Shown in pieces: positions 36,201 to 51,200 of a stretch of 64,000 nucleotides of DNA. The stretch is from Eledone cirrhosa (lineage: Eukaryota): assembly GCA_964016885.1 (NCBI GenBank), contig OZ024740.1, forward strand, positions 46,624,001 to 46,688,000. The letters run 5' to 3'. The position numbers were made by a program, and so were the translations under genes. Below the pieces are notes generated by a model, which made no database searches, was not told the DNA's origin, and saw only the letters and a program-made list of their open reading frames with translations. Numbering within the stretch: the first letter of the stretch is position 1; each line of letters opens with the position of its first letter.

Positions 36201-39200
36201 TAACCTCTACTATAGCCACAACCCAGTCTAACAGAATTACAATGTAACCTCTACTATAGCCACAACCCAGTCTAGCAGAATTACAATGTAACCTCTACTA
36301 TAGCCACAACCCAACCTAACAGAATTACAATGTAACCTCTACTATAGCCACAACCTAGCCTAACAGAATTACAATGTAACCTCTACTATAGCCACAACCT
36401 AGCCTAACAGAATTACAATGTAACCTCTACTATAGCCACAACCTAGTCTAACAGAATTACAATGTAACCTCTACTATAGCCACAACCCAGTCTAACAGAA
36501 TTACAATGTAACCTCTACTATAGCCACAACCTAGTCTAACAGAATTACAATGTAACCTCTACTATAGCCACAACCCAGTCTAACAGAATTACAATGTAAC
36601 CTCTACTATAGCCACAACCTAGCCTAACAGAATTACAATGTGACCTCTACTATAGCCACAACCTAGCCTAACAGAATTACAATGTAACCTCTACTATAGC
36701 CACAACCCAGCCTAACAGAATTACAATGTAACCTCTACTATAGCCACAACCTAGTCTAACAGAATTACAATGTAACCTCTACTATAGCCACAACCTAGTC
36801 TAACAGAATTACAATGTAACCTCTACTATAGCCACAACCTAGCCTAACAGAATTACAACGTAACCTCTACTATAGCCACAACCTAGCCTAACAGAATTAC
36901 AATGTAACCTCTACTATAGCCACAACCCAGCCTAACAGAATTACAATGTAACCTCTACTATAGCCACAACCCAGTCTAACAGAATTACAATGTAACCTCT
37001 ACTATAGCCACAACCCAGCCTAACAGAATTACAATGTAACCTCTACTATAGCCACAACCTAGCCTAACAGAATTACAATGTAACGCCTACTATAGCCACA
37101 ACCTAGCCTAACAGAATTACAATGTAACCTCTACTATAGCCACAACCTAGCCTAACAGAATTACAATGTAACCGCTACTATAGCCACAACCCAGTCTAAC
37201 AGAATTACAATGTAACCTCTACTATAGCCACAACCTAGCCTAACAGAATTACAATGTAACCTCTACTATAGCCACAACCTAGCCTAACAGAATTACAATG
37301 TAACCTCTACTATAGCCACAACCCAGTCTAACAGAATTACAATGTAACCTCTACTATAGCCACAACCCAGCCTAACAGAATTACAATGTAACCTCTACTA
37401 TAGCCACAACCCAGCCTAACAGAATTACAATGTAACCTCTACTATAGCCACAACCTAGCCTAACAGAATTACAATGTAACCTCTACTATAGCCACAACCC
37501 AGTCTAACAGAATTACAATGTAACCTCTACTATAGCCACAACCCAGACTAACAGAATTACAATGTAACCTCTACTATAGCCACAACCCAACCTAACAGAA
37601 TTACAATGTAACCTCTACTATAGCCACAACCTAGCCTAACAGAATTACAATGTAACCTCTACTATAGCCACAACCCAACCTAACAGAATTACAATGTAAC
37701 CTCGACTATAGCCACAACCTAGCCTAACAGAATTACAATGTAACCTCTACTATAGCCACAACCTAGCCTAACAGAATTACAATGTAACCGCTACTATAGC
37801 CACAACCCAGTCTAACAGAATTACAATGTAACCTCTACTATAGCCACAACCTAGCCTAACAGAATTACAATGTAACCTCTACTATAGCCACAACCTAGCC
37901 TAACAGAATTACAATGTAACCTCTACTATAGCCACAACCCAGTCTAACAGAATTACAATGTAACCTCCACTATAGCCACAACCAAGCCTAACAGAATTAC
38001 AATATAACCTCTACTATAGCCACAACCTAGTCTAACAAAATTACAATGTAACCTCTACTATAGCCACAACCTAGCCTAAGAGAATTACAATGTAACCTCT
38101 ACTATAGCCACAACCTAGCCTAACAGAATTACAATGTAACCTCTACTATAGTCACAACCCAGTCTAACAGAATTACAATGTAGCCTCTACTATAGCCACA
38201 ACCCATGTGTAACAGAATTACAATGTAACCTCTACTATAGCCACAACCTAGCCTAACAGAATTACAATGTAACCTCTAGTATAGCCACAACCTAGCCTAA
38301 CAGAATTACAATGTAACCTCTACTATAGCCACAACCCAGTCTAACAGAATTACAATGTAACCTCTACTATAGCCACAACCTAGTCTAACAAAATTACAAT
38401 GTAACCTCTACTATAGCCACAACCTAGCCTAACAGAATTACAATGTAACCTCTACTATAGCCACAACCTAGCCTAACAGAATTACAATGTAACCTCTACT
38501 ATAGTCACAACCCAGTCTAACAGAATTACAATGTAGCCTCTACTATAGCCACAACCCATGTGTAACAGAATTACAATGTAACCTCTACTATAGCCATAAC
38601 CTAGCCTAACAGAATTACAATGTAACCTCTACTATAGCCACAACCCAGCCTAACAGAATTACAATGTAACCTCTACTATAGCCACAACCTAGCCTAACAG
38701 AATTACTATGTAACCTCTACTATAGCCACAACCTAGCCTAACAGAATTACTATGTAACCTCTACTATAGCCACAACCTAGCCTAACAGAATTACAATGTA
38801 ACCTCTACTATAGCCACAACCCAGCCTAACAGAATTACAATGTAACCTCTACTATAGCCACAACCCAGTCTAACAGAATTACAATGTAACCTCTACTATA
38901 GCCACAACCCAGCCTAACAGAATTACAATGTAACCTCTACTATAGCCACAACCTAGCCTAACAGAATTACAATGTAACGCCTACTATAGCCACAACCTAG
39001 CCTAACAGAATTACAATGTAACCTCTACTATAGCCACAACCTAGCCTAACAGAATTACAATGTAACCGCTACTATAGCCACAACCCAGTCTAACAGAATT
39101 ACAATGTAACCTCTACTATAGCCACAACCTAGCCTAACAGAATTACAATGTAACCTCTACTATAGCCACAACCTAGCCTAACAGAATTACAATGTAACCT

Positions 39201-42200
39201 CTACTATAGCCACAACCCAGTCTAACAGAATTACAATGTAACCTCTACTATAGCCACAACCCAGCCTAACAGAATTACAATGTAACCTCTACTATAGCCA
39301 CAACCCAGCCTAACAGAATTACAATGTAACCTCTACTATAGCCACAACCTAGCCTAACAGAATTACAATGTAACCTCTACTATAGCCACAACCCAGTCTA
39401 ACAGAATTACAATGTAACCTCTACTATAGCCACAACCCAGCCTAACAGAATTACAATGTAACCTCTACTATAGCCACAACCCAACCTAACAGAATTACAA
39501 TGTAACCTCTACTATAGCCACAACCTAGCCTAACAGAATTACAATGTAACCTCTACTATAGCCACAACCCAACCTAACAGAATTACAATGTAACCTCGAC
39601 TATAGCCACAACCTAGCCTAACAGAATTACAATGTAACCTCTACTATAGCCACAACCTAGCCTAACAGAATTACAATGTAACCGCTACTATAGCCACAAC
39701 CCAGTCTAACAGAATTACAATGTAACCTCTACTATAGCCACAACCTAGCCTAACAGAATTACAATGTAACCTCTACTATAGCCACAACCTAGCCTAACAG
39801 AATTACAATGTAACCTCTACTATAGCCACAACCCAGTCTAACAGAATTACAATGTAACCTCCACTATAGCCACAACCAAGCCTAACAGAATTACAATATA
39901 ACCGCTACTATAGCCACAACCCAGTCTAGCAGAATTACAATGTAACCTCTACTATAGCCACAACCTAGCCTAACAGAATTACTATGTAACCTCTACTATA
40001 GCCACAACCCAGTCTAACAGAATTACAATGTAACCTCTACTATAGCCACAACCTAGCCTAACAGAATTACAATGTAACCTCTACTATAGCCACAACCCAG
40101 CCTAACAGAATTACAATGTAACCTCTACTATAGCCACAACCCAGTCTAACAGAATTACAATGTAACCTCTACTATAGCCACAACCCAGTCTAGCAGAATT
40201 ACAATGTAACCTCTACTATAGCCACAACCCAACCTAACAGAATTACAATGTAACCTCTACTATAGCCACAACCTAGCCTAACAGAATTACAATGTAACCT
40301 CTACTATAGCCACAACCTAGCCTAACAGAATTACAATGTAACCTCTACTATAGCCACAACCTAGTCTAACAGAATTACAATGTAACCTCTACTATAGCCA
40401 CAACCCAGTCTAACAGAATTACAATGTAACCTCTACTATAGCCACAACCTAGTCTAACAGAATTACAATGTAACCTCTACTATAGCCACAACCCAGTCTA
40501 ACAGAATTACAATGTAACCTCTACTATAGCCACAACCTAGCCTAACAGAATTACAATGTAACCTCTACTATAGCCACAACCTAGCCTAACAGAATTACAA
40601 TGTAACCTCTACTATAGCCACAACCCAGCCTAACAGAATTACAATGTAACCTCTACTATAGCCACAACCTAGTCTAACAGAATTACAATGTAACCTCTAC
40701 TATAGCCACAACCTAGTCTAACAGAATTACAATGTAACCTCTACTATAGCCACAACCTAGCCTAACAGAATTACAACGTAACCTCTACTATAGCCACAAC
40801 CTAGCCTAACAGAATTACAATGTAACCTCTACTATAGCCACAACCCAGTCTAACAGAATTACAATGTAACCTCTACTATAGTCACAACCCAGTCTAACAG
40901 AATTACAATGTAGCCTCTACTATAGCCACAACCCATGTGTAACAGAATTACAATGTAACCTCTACTATAGCCATAACCTAGCCTAACAGAATTACAATGT
41001 AACCTCTACTATAGCCACAACCCAGCCTAACAGAATTACAATGTAACCTCTACTATAGCCACAACCTAGCCTAACAGAATTACTATGTAACCTCTACTAT
41101 AGCCACAACCTAGCCTAACAGAATTACTATGTAACCTCTACTATAGCCACAACCTAGCCTAACAGAATTACAATGTAACCTCTACTATAGCCACAACCCA
41201 GCCTAACAGAATTACAATGTAACCTCTACTATAGCCACAACCCAGTCTAACAGAATTACAATGTAACCTCTACTATAGCCACAACCCAGCCTAACAGAAT
41301 TACAATGTAACCTCTACTATAGCCACAACCTAGCCTAACAGAATTACAATGTAACGCCTACTATAGCCACAACCTAGCCTAACAGAATTACAATGTAACC
41401 TCTACTATAGCCACAACCTAGCCTAACAGAATTACAATGTAACCGCTACTATAGCCACAACCCAGTCTAACAGAATTACAATGTAACCTCTACTATAGCC
41501 ACAACCTAGCCTAACAGAATTACAATGTAACCTCTACTATAGCCACAACCTAGCCTAACAGAATTACAATGTAACCTCTACTATAGCCACAACCCAGTCT
41601 AACAGAATTACAATGTAACCTCTACTATAGCCACAACCCAGCCTAACAGAATTACAATGTAACCTCTACTATAGCCACAACCCAGCCTAACAGAATTACA
41701 ATGTAACCTCTACTATAGCCACAACCTAGCCTAACAGAATTACAATGTAACCTCTACTATAGCCACAACCCAGTCTAACAGAATTACAATGTAACCTCTA
41801 CTATAGCCACAACCCAGCCTAACAGAATTACAATGTAACCTCTACTATAGCCACAACCCAACCTAACAGAATTACAATGTAACCTCTACTATAGCCACAA
41901 CCTAGCCTAACAGAATTACAATGTAACCTCTACTATAGCCACAACCCAACCTAACAGAATTACAATGTAACCTCGACTATAGCCACAACCTAGCCTAACA
42001 GAATTACAATGTAACCTCTACTATAGCCACAACCTAGCCTAACAGAATTACAATGTAACCGCTACTATAGCCACAACCCAGTCTAACAGAATTACAATGT
42101 AACCTCTACTATAGCCACAACCTAGCCTAACAGAATTACAATGTAACCTCTACTATAGCCACAACCTAGCCTAACAGAATTACAATGTAACCTCTACTAT

Positions 42201-45200
42201 AGCCACAACCCAGTCTAACAGAATTACAATGTAACCTCCACTATAGCCACAACCAAGCCTAACAGAATTACAATATAACCGCTACTATAGCCACAACCCA
42301 GTCTAGCAGAATTACAATGTAACCTCTACTATAGCCACAACCTAGCCTAACAGAATTACTATGTAACCTCTACTATAGCCACAACCCAGTCTAACAGAAT
42401 TACAATGTAACCTCTACTATAGCCACAACCTAGCCTAACAGAATTACAATGTAACCTCTACTATAGCCACAACCCAGCCTAACAGAATTACAATGTAACC
42501 TCTACTATAGCCACAACCCAGTCTAACAGAATTACAATGTAACCTCTACTATAGCCACAACCCAGTCTAGCAGAATTACAATGTAACCTCTACTATAGCC
42601 ACAACCCAACCTAACAGAATTACAATGTAACCTCTACTATAGCCACAACCTAGCCTAACAGAATTACAATGTAACCTCTACTATAGCCACAACCTAGCCT
42701 AACAGAATTACAATGTAACCTCTACTATAGCCACAACCTAGTCTAACAGAATTACAATGTAACCTCTACTATAGCCACAACCCAGTCTAACAGAATTACA
42801 ATGTAACCTCTACTATAGCCACAACCTAGTCTAACAGAATTACAATGTAACCTCTACTATAGCCACAACCCAGTCTAACAGAATTACAATGTAACCTCTA
42901 CTATAGCCACAACCTAGCCTAACAGAATTACAATGTAACCTCTACTATAGCCACAACCTAGCCTAACAGAATTACAATGTAACCTCTACTATAGCCACAA
43001 CCCAGCCTAACAGAATTACAATGTAACCTCTACTATAGCCACAACCTAGTCTAACAGAATTACAATGTAACCTCTACTATAGCCACAACCTAGTCTAACA
43101 GAATTACAATGTAACCTCTACTATAGCCACAACCTAGCCTAACAGAATTACAACGTAACCTCTACTATAGCCACAACCTAGCCTAACAGAATTACAATGT
43201 AACCTCTACTATAGCCACAACCCAGCCTAACAGAATTACAATGTAACCTCTACTATAGCCACAACCTAGCCTAACAGAATTACAATGTAACCTCTACTAT
43301 AGCCACAACCCAGCCTAACAGAATTACAATGTAACCTCTACTATAGCCACAACCTAGTCTAACAGAATTACAATGTAACCTCTACTATAGCCACAACCTA
43401 GTCTAACAGAATTACAATGTAACCTCTACTATAGCCACAACCTAGCCTAACAGAATTACAATGTAACCTCTACTATAGTCACAACCCAGTCTAACAGAAT
43501 TACAATGTAGCCTCTACTATAGCCACAACCCATGTGTAACAGAATTACAATGTAACCTCTACTATAGCCACAACCTAGCCTAACAGAATTACAATGTAAC
43601 CTCTACTATAGTCACAACCCAGTCTAACAGAATTACAATGTAGCCTCTACTATAGCCACAACCCATGTGTAACAGAATTACAATGTAACCTCTACTATAG
43701 CCACAACCTAGTCTAACAGAATTACAATGTAACCTCTACTATAGCCACAACCTAGCCTAACAGAATTACAATGTAACCTCTACTATAGCCACAACCTAGC
43801 CTAACAGAATTACAATGTAACCTCTACTATAGCCACAACCCATGTGTAACAGAATTACAATGTAACCTCTACTATAGCCACAACCTAGCCTAACAGAATT
43901 ACAATGTAACCTCTAGTATAGCCACAACCTAGCCTAACAGAATTACAATGTAACCTCTACTATAGCCACAACCCAGTCTAACAGAATTACAATGTAACCT
44001 CTACTATAGCCACAACCTAGTCTAACAAAATTACAATCTAACCTCTACTATAGCCACAATCTAGGCTAACAGAATTACAATGTAACCTCTACTATAGCCA
44101 CAACCTAGCCTAACAGAATTACAATGTAACCTCTACTATAGCCACAACCCAACCTAACAGAATTACTATGTAACCTCTACTATAGCCACAACCTAGCCTA
44201 ACAGAATTACAATGTAACCTCTACTATAGCCACAACCCAGCCTAACAGAATTACAATGTAACCTCTACTATAGCCACAACCTAGTCTAACAGAATTACAA
44301 TGTAACCTCTACTATAGCCACAACCCAGCCTAACAGAATTACAATGTAACCTCTACTATAGCCACAACCCAGTCTAACATAATTACAATGTAACCTCTAC
44401 TATAGCCACAACCCAGTCTAACAGAATTACAATGTAACCTCTACTATAGCCACAACTTAGCCTAACAGAATTACAATGTAACCTCTACTATAGCCACAAC
44501 CCAACCTAACAGAATTACTATGTAACCTCTACTATAGCCACAACCTAGCCTAACAGAATTACTATGTAACCTCTACTATAGCCACAACCCAGCCTAACAG
44601 AATTACAACGTAACCTCTACTATAGCCACAACCCAACCTAACAGAATTACAACGTAACCTCTACTATAGCCACAACCCATGTGTAACAGAATTACAATGT
44701 AACCTCTACTATAGCCACAACCTAGCCTAACAGAATTACAATGTAACCTCTACTATAGCCACAACCCAGTCTAACAGAATTACAATGTAACCTCTACTAT
44801 AGCCACAACCCAGCCTAACAGAATTACAATGTAACCTCTACTATAGCCACAACCCAGCCTAACAGAATTACAATGTAACCTCTACTATAGCCACAACCCA
44901 GTCTAACAGAATTACAATGTAACCTCTACTATAGCCACAACCCAGCCTAACAGAATTACAATGTAACCTCTACTATAGCCACAACCTAGCCTAACAGAAT
45001 TACAATGTAACCTCTACTATAGCCACAACCCAGCCTAACAGAATTACAATGTAACCTCTACTATAGCCACAACCTAGTCTAACAGAATTACAATGTAACC
45101 TCTACTATAGCCACAACCTAGTCTAACAGAATTACAATGTAACCTCTACTATAGCCACAACCTAGCCTAACAGAATTACAATGTAACCTCTACTATAGTC

Positions 45201-48200
45201 ACAACCCAGTCTAACAGAATTACAATGTAGCCTCTACTATAGCCACAACCCATGTGTAACAGAATTACAATGTAACCTCTACTATAGCCACAACCTAGCC
45301 TAACAGAATTACAATGTAACCTCTACTATAGTCACAACCCAGTCTAACAGAATTACAATGTAGCCTCTACTATAGCCACAACCCATGTGTAACAGAATTA
45401 CAATGTAACCTCTACTATAGCCACAACCTAGTCTAACAGAATTACAATGTAACCTCTACTATAGCCACAACCTAGCCTAACAGAATTACAATGTAACCTC
45501 TACTATAGCCACAACCTAGCCTAACAGAATTACAATGTAACCTCTACTATAGCCACAACCCATGTGTAACAGAATTACAATGTAACCTCTACTATAGCCA
45601 CAACCTAGCCTAACAGAATTACAATGTAACCTCTAGTATAGCCACAACCTAGCCTAACAGAATTACAATGTAACCTCTACTATAGCCACAACCCAGTCTA
45701 ACAGAATTACAATGTAACCTCTACTATAGCCACAACCTAGTCTAACAAAATTACAATCTAACCTCTACTATAGCCACAACCTAGGCTAACAGAATTACAA
45801 TGTAACCTCTACTATAGCCACAACCTAGCCTAACAGAATTACAATGTAACCTCTACTATAGCCACAACCCAGTCTAACAGAATTACAATGTAACCTCCAC
45901 TATAGCCACAACCTAGCCTAACAGAATTACAATGTAACCGCTACTATAGCCACAACCCAGTCTAACAGAATTACAATGTAACCTCTACTATAGCCACAAC
46001 CTAGCCTAACAGAATTACTATGTAACCTCTACTATAGCCACAACCCAGTCTAACAGAATTACAATGTAACCTCTACTATAGCCACAACCTAGCCTAACAG
46101 AATTACAATGTAACCTCTACTATAGCCACAACCCAGCCTAACAGAATTACAATGTAACCTCTACTATAGCCACAACCCAGTCTAACAGAATTACAATGTA
46201 ACCTCTACTATAGCCACAACCCAGTCTAGCAGAATTACAATGTAACCTCTACTATAGCCACAACCCAACCTAACAGAATTACAATGTAACCTCTACTATA
46301 GCCACAACCTAGCCTAACAGAATTACAATGTAACCTCTACTATAGCCACAACCTAGCCTAACAGAATTACAATGTAACCTCTACTATAGCCACAACCTCG
46401 TCTAACAGAATTACAATGTAACCTCTACTATAGCCACAACCCAGTCTAACAGAATTACAATGTAACCTCTACTATAGCCACAACCTAGTCTAACAGAATT
46501 ACAATGTAACCTCTACTATAGCCACAACCCAGTCTAACAGAATTACAATGTAACCTCTACTATAGCCACAACCTAGCCTAACAGAATTACAATGTAACCT
46601 CTACTATAGCCACAACCTAGCCTAACAGAATTACAATGTAACCTCTACTATAGCCACAACCCAGCCTAACAGAATTACAATGTAACCTCTACTATAGCCA
46701 CAACCTAGTCTAACAGAATTACAATGTAACCTCTACTATAGCCACAACCTAGTCTAACAGAATTACAATGTAACCTCTACTATAGCCACAACCTAGTCTA
46801 ACAGAATTACAATGTAACCTCTACTATAGCCACAACCTAGTCTAACAGAATTACAATGTAACCTCTACTATAGCCACAACCCAGTCTAACAGAAATACAA
46901 TGTAACCTCTACTATAGCCACAACCCAGCCTAACAGAATTACAATGTAACCTCTACTATAGCCACAACCTAGTCTAACAAAATTACAATGTAACCTCTAC
47001 TATAGCCACAACCTAGCCTAACAGAATTACAATGTAACCTCTACTATAGCCACAACCTAGCCTAACAGAATTACAATGTAACCTCTACTATAGTCACAAC
47101 CCAGTCTAACAGAATTACAATGTAGCCTCTACTATAGCCACAACCCATGTGTAACAGAATTACAATGTAACCTCTACTATAGCCACAACCCAGCCTAACA
47201 GAATTACAATGTAACCTCTACTATAGCCACAACCTAGCCTAACAGAATTACAATGTAACCTCTAGTATAGACACAACCTAGCCTAACAGAATTACAATGT
47301 AACCTCTACTATAGCCACAACCCAGTCTAACAGAATTACAATGTAACCTCTACTATAGCCACAACCCAGTCTAGCAGAATTACAATGTAACCTCTACTAT
47401 AGCCACAACCCAACCTAACAGAATTACAATGTAACCTCTACTATAGCCACAACCTAGCCTAACAGAATTACAATGTAACCTCTACTATAGCCACAACCTA
47501 GCCTAACAGAATTACAATGTAACCTCTACTATAGCCACAACCTCGTCTAACAGAATTACAATGTAACCTCTACTATAGCCACAACCCAGTCTAACAGAAT
47601 TACAATGTAACCTCTACTATAGCCACAACCTAGTCTAACAGAATTACAATGTAACCTCTACTATAGCCACAACCCAGTCTAACAGAATTACAATGTAACC
47701 TCTACTATAGCCACAACCTAGCCTAACAGAATTACAATGTAACCTCTACTATAGCCACAACCTAGCCTAACAGAATTACAATGTAACCTCTACTATAGCC
47801 ACAACCCAGCCTAACAGAATTACAATGTAACCTCTACTATAGCCACAACCTAGTGTAACAGAATTACAATGTAACCTCTACTATAGCCACAACCTAGTCT
47901 AACAGAATTACAATGTAACCTCTACTATAGCCACAACCTAGTCTAACAGAATTACAATGTAACCTCTACTATAGCCACAACCTAGTCTAACAGAATTACA
48001 ATGTAACCTCTACTATAGCCACAACCCAGTCTAACAGAAATACAATGTAACCTCTACTATAGCCACAACCCAGCCTAACAGAATTACAATGTAACCTCTA
48101 CTATAGCCACAACCTAGTCTAACAAAATTACAATGTAACCTCTACTCTAGCCACAACCTAGCCTAACAGAATTACAATGTAACCTCTACTATAGCCACAA

Positions 48201-51200
48201 CCTAGCCTAACAGAATTACAATGTAACCTCTACTATAGTCACAACCCAGTCTAACAGAATTACAATGTAGCCTCTACTATAGCCACAACCCATGTGTAAC
48301 AGAATTACAATGTAACCTCTACTATAGCCACAACCCAGCCTAACAGAATTACAATGTAACCTCTACTATAGCCACAACCTAGCCTAACAGAATTACAATG
48401 TAACCTCTAGTATAGACACAACCTAGCCTAACAGAATTACAATGTAACCTCTACTATAGCCACAACCCAGTCTAACAGAATTACAATGTAACCTCTACTA
48501 TAGCCACAACCTAGTCTAACAAAATTACAATGTAACCTCTACTATAGCCACAACCTAGCCTAACAGAATTACAATGTAACCTCTACTATAGCCACAACCT
48601 AGCCTAACAGAATTACAATGTAACCTCTACTATAGTCACAACCCAGTCTAACAGAATTACAATGTAGCCTCTACTATAGCCACAACCCATGTGTAACAGA
48701 ATTACAATGTAACCTCTACTATAGCCACAACCTAGCCTAACAGAATTACAATGTAACCTCTAGTATAGCCACAACCTAGCCTAACAGAATTACAATGTAG
48801 CCTCTACTATAGCCACAACCCATGTGTAACAGAATTACAATGTAACCTCTACTATAGCCACAACCTAGCCTAACAGAATTACAATGTAACCTCTAGTATA
48901 GCCACAACCTAGCCTAACAGAATTACAATGTAACCTCTACTATAGCCACAACCTAGCCTAACAGAATTACAATGTAACCTCTACTATAGCCACAACCCAG
49001 TATAACAGAATTACAATGTAACCTCTACTATAGCCACAACCCAGTCTAACAGAATTACAATGTAACCTCTAGTATAGCCACAACCTAGCCTAACAGAATT
49101 ACAATGTAACCTCTACTATAGCCACAACCCAGCCTAACAGAATTACAATGTAACCTCTACTATAGTCACAACCCAGTCTAACAGAATTACAATGTAACCT
49201 CTACTATAGCCACAACCTAGCCTAACAGAATTACAATGTAACCTCTAGTATAGCCACAACCCAGTCTAGCAGAATTACAATGTAACCTCTACTATAGCCA
49301 CAACCCAGTCTAACAGAATTACAATGTAACCTCTACTATAGCCACAACCTAGCCTAACAGAATTACAATGTAACGTCTACTATAGTCACAACCCAGTCTA
49401 ACAGAATTACAATGTAACCTCTACTATAGCCACAACCTAGCCTAACAGAATTACAATGTAACCTCTACTATAGCCACAACCCAGTCTAACAGAATTACAA
49501 TGTAACCTCTACTATAGCCACAACCTAGCCTAACAGAATTACAATGTAACCTCTACTATAGCCACAACCTAGCCTAACAGAATTACAATGTAACCTCTAC
49601 TATAGCCACAACCTAGCCTAACAGAATTACAATGTAGCCTCTACTATAGCCACAACCCATGTGTAACAGAATTACAATGTAACCTCTACTATAGCCACAA
49701 CCTAGTCTAACAAAATTACAATGTAACCTCTACTATAGCCACAACCTAGCCTAACAGAATTACAATGTAACCTCTACTATAGCCACAACCTAGCCTAACA
49801 GAATTACAATGTAACCTCTACTATAGTCACAACCCAGTCTAACAGAATTACAATGTAGCCTCTACTATAGCCACAACCCATGTGTAACAGAATTACAATG
49901 TAACCTCTACTATAGTCACAACCTAGCCTAACAGAATTACAATGTAACCTCTAGTATAGCCACAACCTAGCCTAACAGAATTACAATGTAACCTCTACTA
50001 TAGACACAACCAAGCCTAACAGAATTACAATGTAACCTCTACTATAGCCACAACCCAGTCTAACAGAATTACAATGTAACCTCTACTATAGCCACAACCC
50101 AGTCTAACAGAATTACAATGTAACCTCTACTATAGCCACAACCTAGCCTAACAGAATTACAATGTAACCTCTACTATAGCCACAACCCAGCCTAACAGAA
50201 TTACAATGTAACCTCTACTATAGCCACAACCCAGTCTAACAGAATTACAATGTAACCTCTACTATAGCCACAACCTAGCCTAACAGAATTACAATGTAAC
50301 CTCTACTATAGCCACAACCTAGTCTAACAGAATTACAATGTAACCTCTACTATAGCCACAACCTAGCCTAACAGAATTACAATGTAACCTCTACTATAGC
50401 CACAACCCAGCCTAACAGAATTACAATGTAACCTCTACTATAGCCACAACCCAGTCTAACAGAATTACAATGTAACCTCTACTATAGCCACAACCTAGCC
50501 TAACAGAATTACAATGTAACCTCTACTATAGCCACAACCTAGCCTAACAGAATTACTATGTAAACTCTACTATAGCCACAACCCAGTCTAACAGAATTAC
50601 AATGTAACCTCTACTATAGCCACAACCTAGCCTAACAGAATTACAATGTAACCTCTACTATAGCCACAACCCAGTCTAACAGAATTACAATGTAACCTCT
50701 ACTATAGCCACAACCCAGTCTAACAGAATTACAATGTAACCTCTACTATAGCCACAACCTAGCCTAACAGAATTACAATGTAACCGCTACTATAGCCACA
50801 ACCCAGTCTAACAGAATTACAATGTAACCTCTACTATAGCCACAACCTAGCCTAACAGAATTACAATGTAACCTCTACTATAGCCACAACCTAGCCTAAC
50901 AGAATTACAATGTAACCTCTACTATAGCCACAACCCAGTCTAACAGAATTGCAATGTAACCTCCACTATAGCCACAACCTAGCCTAACAGAATTACAATG
51001 TAACCGCTACTATAGCCACAACCCAGTCTAACAGAATTACAATGTAACCTCTACTATAGCCACAACCCAGTCTAGCAGAATTACAATGTAACCTCTACTA
51101 TAGCCACAACCCAACCTAACAGAATTACAATGTAACCTCTACTATAGCCACAACCTAGCCTAACAGAATTACAATGTAACCTCTACTATAGCCACAACCT